Of a stretch of DNA of 31,451 nt, positions 1 through 9,435 are shown piece by piece; position 1 is the stretch's first letter, and the number at the start of each line of letters is the position of its first letter. Under the pieces are notes generated by a model. The model saw only the letters and a program-made list of their open reading frames with translations, had not been told where the DNA came from and searched no databases. The DNA lies in contig JAFBAD010000050.1 of NCBI GenBank assembly GCA_019247975.1, forward strand, positions 1 to 31,451. Direction: 5' to 3'. Made by a program: the position numbers and the translations under genes. Origin of the DNA: Acidimicrobiia bacterium. GTDB taxonomy: Bacteria > Actinomycetota > Acidimicrobiia > Acidimicrobiales > Iamiaceae.

Positions 1-239
1 GGTGAGACGACGGCGAACGGCGCGACGGTCAGCAGCAGGTAGAGGAGGACCTTCTGCTTCGCCTCCCCGGTGACCCCCTCGAAGAAGATCGTGCCGGCGA
101 GGGCGGTCGCGACCATGGCGTCGGCCGCGGTCGACAGCGCATGGGTCCGGGCGAGACGGGTGAACGGGCTGGCCACGAACGCGGCCTGCCCGCTGGGCTC
201 CGAGACCCGCGGTGCGGGCCGGGAACCGGAGGCGGTCAC
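1..239 (-). CDS. MFS-type membrane transporter, N-terminal part (runs off the window start)
   Basis: GTG at 239 translates MTASGSRPAP...FTRLARTHALSTAADAMVATALAGTIFF...KVLLYLLLTVAPFAVVS, resembling an actinobacterial MFS N-terminus. Not in the ORF track; begins 10 bp after the regX3 stop. Confidence 0.7.
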   Translation of the reverse strand, partial: MTASGSRPAPRVSEPSGQAAFVASPFTRLARTHALSTAADAMVATALAGTIFFEGVTGEAKQKVLLYLLLTVAPFAVVS

Positions 240-249
240 CCCGGTCAGA

Positions 250-984
250 CTAGGAGTCGGCCGTGGCCGGCCGTTGCGGGCTTCTCACCTCGTACTTGTA
301 CCCAAGCCCGCGGATCGTCACGATCCGCGTCGGCCGCGCCGGGTCGTCCTCGACCTTCGTGCGCAGCCGCTTGATGTGGACGTCGAGCGTCTTCGTGTCC
401 CCGACGTAGTCGTGGCCCCACACCCGGTCGATGAGGGTGTCCCGGGTGAGGACCCGCCCGGCGTTCTCGAGGAGCAGCGACAGCAGCTCGAACTCCTTGA
501 GCGGCAGGCTCACCTCCTCCCCCCGGATGACCACCTCGTGGCGCTCCGGATCGAGGCTCACGTCACCGACCTCGACCGCATCGATGCGGCTGGCGATCAC
601 CTGGACCTCCGATGGGGTCCGCCGCAGCACGGCCCGCATGCGGGCCACGAGCTCGCGCAGGCGGTACGGCTTGGTGACGTAGTCGTCCGCACCGACCTCC
701 AGGCCGACGACCGTGTCGATCTCCGAGCCCTTCGCGGTCACCATGATGATCGGGACCTTCGACTGCTTGCGGATCTCACGGCAGACGTCGATGCCCGAGA
801 CCTTCGGCAGCATCACGTCGAGCAGCACGAGGTCGGGGTCGACCGCGCCGAACAGCTCGAGCGCCTGCGCGCCGTCCTTGGCGACCTGCACCCGGAACCC
901 TTCACGCTTCAGACCGACCGTCAGGGCCTCGACGAAGGACTCCTCGTCCTCGACCACCAGCACCGTGGCCGACGGGTTGCTCAT
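250..984 (-). CDS. regX3: OmpR-family response regulator RegX3 (Streptomyces PhoP ortholog)
   Basis: VLVVEDEES, LLDVMLP, GADDYVTKP, and DYVGDTKTLDVHIKRLR...IVTIRGLGY. ATG at 984 overlaps the kinase stop (ATGA); the track start at 1239 is an over-extension. Confidence 0.95.
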   Translation of the reverse strand: MSNPSATVLVVEDEESFVEALTVGLKREGFRVQVAKDGAQALELFGAVDPDLVLLDVMLPKVSGIDVCREIRKQSKVPIIMVTAKGSEIDTVVGLEVGADDYVTKPYRLRELVARMRAVLRRTPSEVQVIASRIDAVEVGDVSLDPERHEVVIRGEEVSLPLKEFELLSLLLENAGRVLTRDTLIDRVWGHDYVGDTKTLDVHIKRLRTKVEDDPARPTRIVTIRGLGYKYEVRSPQRPATADS

Positions 985-2174
985 CCTGCCTGGGCCTCCT
1001 CGTTGGCCAGTGCGGCGGGCAGCCGCAACCGGAAGGTCGATCCCGAACCCTCTTGTGACTCCACGGACACGTCGCCGTGGTGGTTCCCGGCGACGTGCCG
1101 GACGATGGCGAGCCCGAGCCCGGTGCCGCCGGTGCCCCGGCTGCGGGCCCGGTCGACCCGGTAGAACCGCTCGAAGACCCGCTCGAGGTCGCGAGCCGGG
1201 ATGCCCATGCCCTGGTCGACCACGGCCAGCTCGGCCCACGCGGAACCGTCCTCGGCGCAGACCGCCGACGAGCGCAGGGTGACCACGTGGTCGGGCTCGG
1301 AGTACTTCACCGCGTTGTCGAGCAGGTTGAACATGGCGGAGACGAGCTGGCGGCGATCGCCCATCACCGTGAGCCCGAGGGGCCCGGGCTCGACCACCAC
1401 CTCGATCGAGCGGAGCGTCGCCGCGGGCCGGATGCGATCGGCCGCGCCGTCGAGCACCTGCTGCACGAGCACCGGCTGGCGGACCGGCGCCTCACCGGCC
1501 TCGATGCGGCTGAGCTCCAACAGGTCGTCGATCGTGCGGTTGACCCGGAACGCCTCGGCCACCATGCGCTCGGCGAGCGGGTGGGTCACCTCGGGGTCGT
1601 CCTCGCCGAGCAGGGTCTCGGCCAGCAGCCCGAGGGCGCCGACGGGCGTCTTGAGCTCGTGGCTGATGTTGGCCACGAAGTCGCGGCGGATCGCCTCGAG
1701 CCGCCGGCGATCCGACACGTCCTCGACCACGATCAAGCCGCCGGTGCCCGCGCCCGTGCCGGCGTCGCCGAGCGGGACGGCCTGCACCTCCAGCACGCGG
1801 CGGGGCGGGCCGAACAGCTCGAGGCTCCGGCTGGTGCGCTCGCCCTGGATCGCGTCGCCGATCAGCTCGCGGATGGCCACCTCGACGAGGGCCTCGCCGT
1901 GGCGCGCATCGAGGAACAGCGCAGCGGCCGGGTTGCGGTAGATGACCGTACCCGTGCGGTCCCCGATGATGACCCCGAGCGGGATCGCGTCGAGCGCCTC
2001 GCGCAGGGCGGTCGCGTGGGTGGCCGACGCGACGGCCCTGGCCCGCATCCGCTCGAGCTCGGTCTCGAGATCCGCGCACTGATCGGTGGCCGCGCGCCGG
2101 CGACGATCGAGCACGAGCAGGCCGACGACCGCAACGAGCAGCACGACCCCCACCGCCACGATCGCGACCGCCAT
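981..2174 (-). CDS. senX3: Sensor histidine kinase SenX3 (PhoR-like)
   Basis: N-terminal TM, PAS-like region, H-box FVANISHELKTPVGAL, N-box NLLDNAVKYS, G-boxes DQGMGIP, FYRVDRARSR and GTGLGLAIV. Confidence 0.93.
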   Translation of the reverse strand: MAVAIVAVGVVLLVAVVGLLVLDRRRRAATDQCADLETELERMRARAVASATHATALREALDAIPLGVIIGDRTGTVIYRNPAAALFLDARHGEALVEVAIRELIGDAIQGERTSRSLELFGPPRRVLEVQAVPLGDAGTGAGTGGLIVVEDVSDRRRLEAIRRDFVANISHELKTPVGALGLLAETLLGEDDPEVTHPLAERMVAEAFRVNRTIDDLLELSRIEAGEAPVRQPVLVQQVLDGAADRIRPAATLRSIEVVVEPGPLGLTVMGDRRQLVSAMFNLLDNAVKYSEPDHVVTLRSSAVCAEDGSAWAELAVVDQGMGIPARDLERVFERFYRVDRARSRGTGGTGLGLAIVRHVAGNHHGDVSVESQEGSGSTFRLRLPAALANEEAQAG

Positions 2175-2175
2175 T

Positions 2176-2970
2176 TCAGGCCGACTCTGCCTCGATGTCG
2201 ACCTCCAGCCGGTCGACGGTCCGCTCGATCGCCTCGGCCACCGGCTCCTCGTCGGCCGCCCTGATGCCGCTGAGCAACGTGACCGCGGCGTACCCGGCCT
2301 CGACCAGCGCGGTGTCGGTCTCCGGTGGCAGCACCTGGCCGGTCTCCCGGAGCTCGACCTGCAATCGACCTTCGACCGGCTCGCCGACGTGGATGCGCAC
2401 GGTGCCGAACGGCGCCAGCTCGGCCCAGCGCACGCCCTTCACCTGGTCGAGCGGGAGGTCGGGCAGGTTCAGGTTGACGACGGTCTTCGGCGGCGCGCCG
2501 GCGATCCAGTCGACCGCCGCGACCGCGTACGCGCCGGCGGTCTCCCAGTGCGGCTGGTCGGACCAGCCGATGCTCACCGCGACCGCGGAGCACCCGAAGT
2601 TCGAAGCGGTCAGCGCAGCACCGACCGTGCCGGAGTGGAGCGTGGCGCGACCGGTGTTGTTGCCGGGGTTGATGCCGGCGACGATCAGCTCGGGCACCGG
2701 GCCGAACGCACCGAGCCGGCCGGCCATCACCGCGAGCGCAGGCGGTCCGTCGACGCCGTACGCCGCGACCTCGGGCAGGCCGGGCAGGTCCCACGCCTCG
2801 GCGCGGATGTCGCCCCCCGGCTGCAGGTTGCCGATCGCCGCGCCGGAGCCGCTCCGGTCGCCGATCGGGGCCGCGACCACGATCTCGTGGCCGGCGGCGA
2901 CGAGTGCCGCGGCCAGCGCGTGCAAACCGGGCGCCTCCACCCCGTCGTCGTTCGTGACGAGGAGCGTCAT
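2176..2970 (-). CDS. surE: 5'/3'-nucleotidase SurE
   Basis: LLVTNDDG, SGSG and GINPGNNTG...SGTVGAA motifs. ATG at 2970 overlaps the phoU stop by 1 bp. Confidence 0.92.
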   Translation of the reverse strand: MTLLVTNDDGVEAPGLHALAAALVAAGHEIVVAAPIGDRSGSGAAIGNLQPGGDIRAEAWDLPGLPEVAAYGVDGPPALAVMAGRLGAFGPVPELIVAGINPGNNTGRATLHSGTVGAALTASNFGCSAVAVSIGWSDQPHWETAGAYAVAAVDWIAGAPPKTVVNLNLPDLPLDQVKGVRWAELAPFGTVRIHVGEPVEGRLQVELRETGQVLPPETDTALVEAGYAAVTLLSGIRAADEEPVAEAIERTVDRLEVDIEAESA

Positions 2971-3743
2971 CAGTCGGCCGGCTCGATGTGCGGCGGGTCG
3001 GTCTGGCGCCGCGCCGCTTCGCGCGCCGCACCGGTGTGTTCCGGCAGCCACCCGGTCACCATGTAGCGGACCCGCTCGCCGATGTTGACCGCGTGATCGC
3101 CGATGCGCTCGTAGTACCGACCGATCAGTGCGAGCTGCACACCGGCCCGGATCTCGAGCTCCTCGCGACCGTGGGTCTCGAAGATCTCCTGGATGTAGTC
3201 CTTGTGCAGCGCGTCGAGCCGGTCATCGAGGTCCGGCAGCGCCGCGGCCTTGCCGTCGTCGTGCTCGACGTACGCGTCGATCGCGATGCGGAAGAGCTTC
3301 GCCGACTCCTCGCCCATCTGTGTGATGAGCCCACGCATGCGGGGCGGGAAGGTCGTGCCGTAGATCCGCCTCGCGCCCTTCGCGATGTTGACGACGAGAT
3401 CGCCGGAACGCTCGATCTCCGAGACCATCCGCAGCGCGGTGACGATGCTGCGGAGGTCGCTCGCCATCGGCTGCTGCAGCGCGAGCAGCTGGTAGCAGCG
3501 CTCCTCGGTGTCGAGCGCGAGGGTGTCGAGCAGGTCGTCGGCCTCGATGAGCTCCTGCGCGCCGTGCAGGTCGCCGTCGAGCAGCACGGCGGTGCCCTGC
3601 GGCACCGCCTCGGTGACGATGGCGGCCATCCGCACGATGTCGTGCTTGATGTCGTCCAACTGCTGGTGGAACGACTTGCGGATGTCGGTGTCGGTCATGG
3701 CCGGCTGCATACCCATGTCCTCACCGTCCGCCGCGGTGGTCAC
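2970..3743 (-). CDS. phoU: Phosphate signalling protein PhoU (canonical copy)
   Basis: Two PhoU repeats with EADDLLD, QQPMASDLR, ERSGD, DDRLD and ERIGDHAVNI. GTG overlaps the upstream stop (GTGA); Met at 3716 or 3698 are alternative starts. Confidence 0.93.
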   Translation of the reverse strand: MTTAADGEDMGMQPAMTDTDIRKSFHQQLDDIKHDIVRMAAIVTEAVPQGTAVLLDGDLHGAQELIEADDLLDTLALDTEERCYQLLALQQPMASDLRSIVTALRMVSEIERSGDLVVNIAKGARRIYGTTFPPRMRGLITQMGEESAKLFRIAIDAYVEHDDGKAAALPDLDDRLDALHKDYIQEIFETHGREELEIRAGVQLALIGRYYERIGDHAVNIGERVRYMVTGWLPEHTGAAREAARRQTDPPHIEPAD

Positions 3744-4402
3744 CGGATCTCGGTGGCAAGGTGGTCTGGGTTCCCCGTGAGCAGGTAGCGGAGCCGGGCT
3801 CCGATGATCGCTGCGTGGTCAGCGATGCGGTCGAGGGCCTGGCCTGCCGTAAGGGTACGGACCGCGCAGGCAACCGCGTCGGGACCCTCCAACCGCAGCA
3901 GCTCGCGCATGAGCTGCTCGGTCGTCGGCTCCATCGCCCGCCCGGACCGCGCCAGCTCGTCGGCGAGGAACAGATCCTGCGCCGACCACGCCCGCAGGGC
4001 GGTGCGGAACTGACCGACCGCGAGGTCGGCCATCGACAGGAGGATGTCGTAGGTGTGCTCACCGGCGCGCAGCAGGTCCCACGCCGGGGCCAGCTTCGCC
4101 ACCCGCAGCGCGAGGTCGCCGACCCGCTCGAGCTCGCCGAGCACGCGGAGGACCGACACCACGAAGCGCAGGTCCGATGCGACCGGGGCCTCGCGCGCCA
4201 TCAGCTCGTAGCACCGCTCGGTCAGCGACACGTTCATCGCGTCGATGTCGTCGTCCGCGTTCACTGCGACCACCGCGACGTCGCCGTTGCCGGTGGCCAG
4301 GACCTCTCGCATCCGCTCGAGGTTCTGATCGACCCGCACGGCCATCACCTCGACCTGCAGCCGCAGCTGGTCGAGCTCGGCGGAGAACGAGTCGCGCACC
4401 AT
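3740..4402 (-). CDS. phoU: PhoU paralog (second copy, partly degenerate)
   Basis: DDDID, APVASDLR, LERVGD and DRIADH. The second acidic motif is replaced by GRAME. Confidence 0.85.
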   Translation of the reverse strand: MVRDSFSAELDQLRLQVEVMAVRVDQNLERMREVLATGNGDVAVVAVNADDDIDAMNVSLTERCYELMAREAPVASDLRFVVSVLRVLGELERVGDLALRVAKLAPAWDLLRAGEHTYDILLSMADLAVGQFRTALRAWSAQDLFLADELARSGRAMEPTTEQLMRELLRLEGPDAVACAVRTLTAGQALDRIADHAAIIGARLRYLLTGNPDHLATEIR

Positions 4403-4404
4403 CG

Positions 4405-5274
4405 CTACCCGAAGCGTCCGGTGACGTAGTTCTCGGTCCGTTCGTCGCTCGGGTTCGAGAACATCTTCTCGGTGGCGTCGAACTCCACCAGGATCCCGGT
4501 GCGGGTGTCGCTCTGCTCGTTCACCTCAGTTGTGAAGAACGCGCACCGGTCGCTCACGCGCGCGGCCTGCTGCATGTTGTGGGTGACGATGATGATCGTG
4601 TACTGCGCCTTGATCTCGTCCATGAGGTCCTCGATGCGTCCCGTGGCGATCGGGTCGAGCGCGGAGCACGGCTCGTCCATGAGGATGACCTCGGGCTCGA
4701 CCGCCACCGTCCGGGCGATGCAGAGCCGCTGCTGCTGGCCGCCCGAGAGCCCGAGGGCCGACTTCTTGAGGCGGTCCTTCACCTCGTCCCACAGCGCAGC
4801 CTGCTCGAGCGAGCGCTGCACGATGTCGTCGAGCTCGGAGCGCTTGGCGCCGGCGAGCTTCGGGCCGTAGGCCACGTTGTCGTAGATCGACTTCGGGAAC
4901 GGGTTCGGCTTCTGGAACACCATCCCGATGCGCCGCCGCACCTCGACCGCGTTGACGTCGGCGCCGTAGAGGTCGATGCCGTGGTAGTTCAGCGTGCCCT
5001 CGACCCGCGCCCCTTCGGTCAGGTCGTGCATGCGGTTGAACGAGCGCAGCACCGTCGTCTTGCCGCAGCCCGACGGGCCGATGAACGCGGTGACTTGGTG
5101 CTGGTGGATCTCGAAGTCGACGTTGCGCACGGCGCGGAACGAGCCGTAGAAGACCGAGAGGTCGCGCACGTCGAACACCACCGGCGCCTCGGGTTGTGCG
5201 GCGGGCGGCTGCTCCGATCCGGACGCGATGTCCCCGAGGCGGAGCAGGTCCTCGGTCGTGGTCTCTGGGGGCAC
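4405..5274 (-). CDS. pstB: Phosphate ABC transporter ATPase PstB (copy 1)
   Basis: Walker [50 protein letters not shown] and [10 protein letters not shown]. Start chosen at GTG 5274 behind a GGAGG RBS; GTG 5307 is an alternative. Confidence 0.95.
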   Translation of the reverse strand: MPPETTTEDLLRLGDIASGSEQPPAAQPEAPVVFDVRDLSVFYGSFRAVRNVDFEIHQHQVTAFIGPSGCGKTTVLRSFNRMHDLTEGARVEGTLNYHGIDLYGADVNAVEVRRRIGMVFQKPNPFPKSIYDNVAYGPKLAGAKRSELDDIVQRSLEQAALWDEVKDRLKKSALGLSGGQQQRLCIARTVAVEPEVILMDEPCSALDPIATGRIEDLMDEIKAQYTIIIVTHNMQQAARVSDRCAFFTTEVNEQSDTRTGILVEFDATEKMFSNPSDERTENYVTGRFG

Positions 5275-5303
5275 GTCGTCTTCCTCCAACTTCTCGGACC
5301 CGG

Positions 5304-6290
5304 TCACCGGATGGACAGCCGGCTGCTGATGGCGCGGGCCACCAGGGTCAGGACCAGCACGATGACGATGAGCGTGAGCGCGGCGCCCCACGCGAGCCGC
5401 AGGGCGGTCGGCCCGGTGAGCGCGGCCTGGTTGTAGATGAACTGCGAGAGCGAGACGTTCCCGCCGTGGAAGCGCCAGTTGTAGTTGTACGCCGCGCCGA
5501 TGGTGAAGAGGACCGGTGCGGTCTCGCCGGCGGCGCGGGCGACGGCGAGCATCGAGCCGCTGGTGATGCCGGGCAGCGCCGCCGGCAGCACGACCTTGGT
5601 CGTTGTCCGCCACGTGCGCACGCCGAGCGCGGCGCTCGCCTCACGGAGGTGATCCGGCACGAGCCGCAGCATCTCCTCGCTCGACCGCACGACGATCGGC
5701 AGCATCAGGCACCCGAGCGCGAGCGACGCCGCGAACGCGGACTTGCCGTCGACGCCGTAGTGCACCACCCACACCGAGTAGATGAACACGCCCATCACGA
5801 CCGAGGGCACGCCCGTCATCACGTCGGTCATGAAGCGGATGAAGGAGGCGAGCCGCTTCTTGCGGCCGTACTCGTGGAGGTAGACCGCGCCGAGGATGCC
5901 CAGCGGGATGGCGAGCACGGCCGCGCCGAGCGTCGTGAGCAGGGTGCCGACGATCGCCGGGCCGATGCCCAGCTGGGTCGACGAGGTCTGCTGCGTGGTG
6001 GTCGGGGTGCCGCCGTACTTGGCCAGGACGTCGTTGGTGAGGTCGGCGGAGCCGGTGTCGGGCGGGATCTCGTTGGTGAAGAAGTCCTTCGTCACCACCT
6101 TCATGCCCTGCTGGGTCACGTTCACGAGCACGAAGCCCAGGGGGATGACGGCGACGAGGAACGCGCCGATCATCGCGATCGTCGCGAGCTTGTTGCGGAC
6201 CCGCCGGCGCATCGTGACCGTCGTGACCCGCACGTCCGACGACGGGTGGAGCGCGACGTCCGCGTCCTCACGGAGGTCGATCGTGGTCAT
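5304..6290 (-). CDS. pstA: Phosphate ABC transporter permease PstA (copy 1)
   Basis: [38 protein letters not shown]-type motif ([10 protein letters not shown]). ATG at 6290 overlaps the pstC stop. Confidence 0.93.
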   Translation of the reverse strand: MTTIDLREDADVALHPSSDVRVTTVTMRRRVRNKLATIAMIGAFLVAVIPLGFVLVNVTQQGMKVVTKDFFTNEIPPDTGSADLTNDVLAKYGGTPTTTQQTSSTQLGIGPAIVGTLLTTLGAAVLAIPLGILGAVYLHEYGRKKRLASFIRFMTDVMTGVPSVVMGVFIYSVWVVHYGVDGKSAFAASLALGCLMLPIVVRSSEEMLRLVPDHLREASAALGVRTWRTTTKVVLPAALPGITSGSMLAVARAAGETAPVLFTIGAAYNYNWRFHGGNVSLSQFIYNQAALTGPTALRLAWGAALTLIVIVLVLTLVARAISSRLSIR

Positions 6291-7288
6291 CAGGCCCCCT
6301 TCAGCCTGCGGTCCATCACGACGACCAGGCGCCGTGCGGTGACGTTGACTGCGATCGTGATGATGAACAGGACGAAGCCGAGGCCGATGAGTGCGGACCG
6401 GAACAGCCCGTTCGCCTCGGAGAGCTGGCGGGCGATCTGGGCCGGGATCGTCTCCCCGGTGCCGAGCAGGTTGGCGCTGATCTGCGGGTTGGCCCCGATG
6501 AGCAGCGCGACGGCGATCGTCTCGCCCAACGCCCGGCCGAGGCCGAGCATCACCGCGCCGGTGATGCCACCGCTCGAGTGCGGTAACACGACGCCGCGGA
6601 TCATCTCCCACCGCGTCGCGCCGAGGGCCAGCGCGCCCTCCTTGTCGTTGCGAGGCACGGTCGCGAAGACCTCACGGGTCACCGAGGTGATGATCGGCGT
6701 GATCATCAGGGCCACGACGATCCCCGCCGTCATGAAGCCCCGGCCCGAGCTGTCCCCGAACAGGTTGCCGACGATCGGGATGTCGCCGAGGAACCTGAAG
6801 AAGCCGTTGCCGAAGATGTGGTCGAGCTTCGGGGCGAGGATGCGGATGCCCCAGAGCCCGAACACCACCGACGGCACCGCCGCGAGCAGGTCCACGATCG
6901 TGATCGCCCCGAAGCGGAAGCGACGAGGCACCACCTCGGTCATGAACATGGCGATGCCGAGGCTCACCGGGATGGCGAACACCACGGCGATCGCCGCCAC
7001 CACGAACGTGCCGTAGACGAGCGGCAGGATGCCGAACTGCCCGCTGCGGGGCTTCCACTGGGTGCCGAAGAAGTAGTCGGTCCCGAGCTTCGAGAAGGCC
7101 GGCCAACCCTTCTGGATCGTGCTGAACGCGATCAGCGCCAGGATCGCCAGGATGCTCAGGCCGGCGAGCAGCGCGAGCAGGCGGAACGCCTGGTCGGTGC
7201 GCCCGCCGCGGCCCCGCCCGCCGAGATCGGAACCGATCTCGGACGGGGCGGGGCGCTCGGCGAGCCCTTGCGGGCTGACGGCGGACAT
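6290..7288 (-). CDS. pstC: Phosphate ABC transporter permease PstC (copy 1)
   Basis: FGILPLVYGT, DLLAAVPSVVFGLWG, EGALALGATRWE and [13 protein letters not shown]. Confidence 0.93.
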   Translation of the reverse strand: MSAVSPQGLAERPAPSEIGSDLGGRGRGGRTDQAFRLLALLAGLSILAILALIAFSTIQKGWPAFSKLGTDYFFGTQWKPRSGQFGILPLVYGTFVVAAIAVVFAIPVSLGIAMFMTEVVPRRFRFGAITIVDLLAAVPSVVFGLWGIRILAPKLDHIFGNGFFRFLGDIPIVGNLFGDSSGRGFMTAGIVVALMITPIITSVTREVFATVPRNDKEGALALGATRWEMIRGVVLPHSSGGITGAVMLGLGRALGETIAVALLIGANPQISANLLGTGETIPAQIARQLSEANGLFRSALIGLGFVLFIITIAVNVTARRLVVVMDRRLKGA

Positions 7289-7304
7289 GGCCTCCGGGTT
7301 CCTG

Positions 7305-8399
7305 CTAGCTGCTGATCTGATCGAGCTGGTCGACCGCCTTCTGGGCGAGATCGGTCGGCAGCTTGGCGTAGAGGACCGACTCCGCAGCGCCCTGACCCGT
7401 CGTGAGGACGTACTTCAGGTAGTCCTTGAGCAGGTCGGCCTTCGCCGCGCTCGACTGCGTCTTCAGCACGAGGACGTAGGTCGGCGAGGTGATGGGGTAG
7501 GCGGCGTCGCCGTCGGCGTTGATCGGGTCGAACGTGAGGTCGTCGTTGACCGTGGCGTTCTCGGCCGCGGCTGCGGAGCCGGCCGGGGTTGGCTTCACGA
7601 ACTTGCCGGCCTTGTTCTTGATGGCCGCCACGTCGAGGCCCGCCTTGGCCGCGTCACCGAGGTCCACGTAGCCGACGGCGCCGTCGGTGCCCTGGATGGC
7701 GGTGGCGACACCCGAGTTCTTCTCGGCGCCCTGCGTCGAGCTGTCCCAGTTCACGGTCTCACCCGAGCCGAGCGTCCACGCGTCGGGAGCGGCGGCGGTG
7801 AGGTACTTGGTGAAGTTGCTCGTGGTGCCCGAGCCGTCCGAGCGGTGGACCACCGTGATCTTCGTCGACGGCAGGTTCGCGTCCGGGTTGTCCGCCTTGA
7901 TGGCGTCGTCGTCCCAGGTCTTGATGTCCGTGCTGAAGATCTTCGCCACGGTGTCCGGGCTCAGGTTGAGCTCCTTGACCCCGGAGAGGTTGAACGAGAT
8001 CGTGATCGGTGCGGTCACGAGCGGGAAGTAGAGGACGTCGTCCTTCTTCTTGGCCAGGTCCTCGTCGTCCTTGACCGGCGAGTCGCTGCCGGCGAAGTCG
8101 AGCGTGCCGTCCGACAGGCCCTGCTTGCCGTCCGACGAACCGGACTTCTGGTACACGACGTTCCCGTCAGGGTTGACCTTCTTGTAGTCGGCGATCATCC
8201 GCTGCTGGAAGCCGTCCTGGAAGGACGAGCCGCCACCGGTGACGCTGCCCTTGACGCTGCTGGAGCCGCCGGTGCCACCGGCGCCGGTCGTGGTGGTCTT
8301 GTCGCTGTCCTTGTTGTTGTCGTCGCCGCAGGCCGAGGCCAGCAGCGTGGCGACGGCGAGGATGGCGAGCACCCAGGTCCAGCGGCGCTTCGTGTGCAT
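7305..8399 (-). CDS. pstS: Phosphate-binding lipoprotein PstS (canonical copy)
   Basis: Lipobox LASAC; GGGSSF, SGSSDG, DFAGSD, RSDGSGTT and AYPIT motifs; AAGGAGG RBS upstream of ATG 8399. Confidence 0.93.
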   Translation of the reverse strand: MHTKRRWTWVLAILAVATLLASACGDDNNKDSDKTTTTGAGGTGGSSSVKGSVTGGGSSFQDGFQQRMIADYKKVNPDGNVVYQKSGSSDGKQGLSDGTLDFAGSDSPVKDDEDLAKKKDDVLYFPLVTAPITISFNLSGVKELNLSPDTVAKIFSTDIKTWDDDAIKADNPDANLPSTKITVVHRSDGSGTTSNFTKYLTAAAPDAWTLGSGETVNWDSSTQGAEKNSGVATAIQGTDGAVGYVDLGDAAKAGLDVAAIKNKAGKFVKPTPAGSAAAAENATVNDDLTFDPINADGDAAYPITSPTYVLVLKTQSSAAKADLLKDYLKYVLTTGQGAAESVLYAKLPTDLAQKAVDQLDQISS

Positions 8400-8481
8400 C
8401 AAGGGTTGCCCTCCTTGGGCGGGGTGTGGGGGTCCGCCCACGCGGGCGGATGTGATGCCATCGCGGACGGTACGGAGGACG

Positions 8482-8533
8482 GGTGAACGGCCAGAGGGGC
8501 ATCAGGTGAACGGAAGGGAAACGACGGGCGAAC
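8482..8533 (-). promoter_or_regulatory. PHO-box-like direct-repeat array upstream of pstS operon 1
   Basis: The minus strand reads GTTCGCC-n4-GTTTCCC-n4-GTTCACC, then a second GTTCACC 23 nt further on. Plus-strand unit positions are 8527, 8516, 8505 and 8482. Confidence 0.75.
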
Positions 8534-8577
8534 CCTGGGTCGCATCTGCACCGGACGCCCCCGGTCACCGCCCGCCA

Positions 8578-8595
8578 GTTCGCCTGTTGTTCACG
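8578..8595 (+). promoter_or_regulatory. PHO-box-like pair upstream of the DUF998-like gene
   Basis: GTTCGCC at 8578 and GTTCACG at 8589, 11 nt apart. Confidence 0.55.
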
Positions 8596-8679
8596 TCGCG
8601 GCCATGCGGCCGCCCCCACGGCGACCATGATCCTGCGTAGCTTCTGGCTGCTATCGCAGCCAGAACGCACGCAGAATCG

Positions 8680-9435
8680 ATGACGCTGACGACCAGGACC
8701 GCGGCGCGCGTGTCGCTGGTGGGCGCGATCGCGTTCGTGGGCTGCACGATCGCGGGCATCGTCGCCTACCCCGGCGGCACCCGGGACGACCTCGGGACCC
8801 ACCACTACCTCTTCTTCAAGAACTTCCTGAGCGACCTCGGCGGCACCTACACCGCATCGGGCCTGGCGAACGGGACGGCCCGCCGCTTCTTCATCGCGGC
8901 GATGATCGCGGTGGCGGTCGCGCTGGTCACCCTCGGGTTCGCGGCGCGTGCGTGGGCCCGCGGCCGGATCCGGTGGCTCGCCTGGTTCCCGCTCCTGGTC
9001 GCGGCCCTCAGCGGAGCTGCGTTCATCCGCGCCGGCACGATCCCCTGGAACGTCGACTACTACCGGCACATCGACTGGGTGCAGGCGGCGTTCGTCCTGC
9101 TCGGGGTGCTCGTCTTCTCGATCACCGTGCTGCAGCTGGTCGGCCGTGCCCCGGTCCGCTGGATCGCCGCGAACGCGGTGTTCCTCCTCGCGCTCGGCGC
9201 CTACGTTGTCTACGACCAGAAGGGGCCGAGCATCTTCACACCCGACGGCGTCCGGGCTCAGGCGACCGCGCAGAAGATCATCGTCCTCCTGGCCATCGCC
9301 GACCTCGTTGCGCAGGCCTGGGCGCTCGGCCGGCCACGCCGGGACCCTCAGTCGGACCGCCGCCGGCGCAGCGCTGCGCTCATCGCCGGAGGACCGAACA
9401 CGACGGCCAGCAGCAGCACGATGACCCCCACGTAG
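8680..9435 (+). CDS. Multi-pass membrane protein, DUF998-like
   Basis: About six hydrophobic segments and a YPGG...NFLSDLG motif. The 3' end overlaps the convergent pstS2 3' end by 88 bp. Confidence 0.6.
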   Translation: MTLTTRTAARVSLVGAIAFVGCTIAGIVAYPGGTRDDLGTHHYLFFKNFLSDLGGTYTASGLANGTARRFFIAAMIAVAVALVTLGFAARAWARGRIRWLAWFPLLVAALSGAAFIRAGTIPWNVDYYRHIDWVQAAFVLLGVLVFSITVLQLVGRAPVRWIAANAVFLLALGAYVVYDQKGPSIFTPDGVRAQATAQKIIVLLAIADLVAQAWALGRPRRDPQSDRRRRSAALIAGGPNTTASSSTMTPT

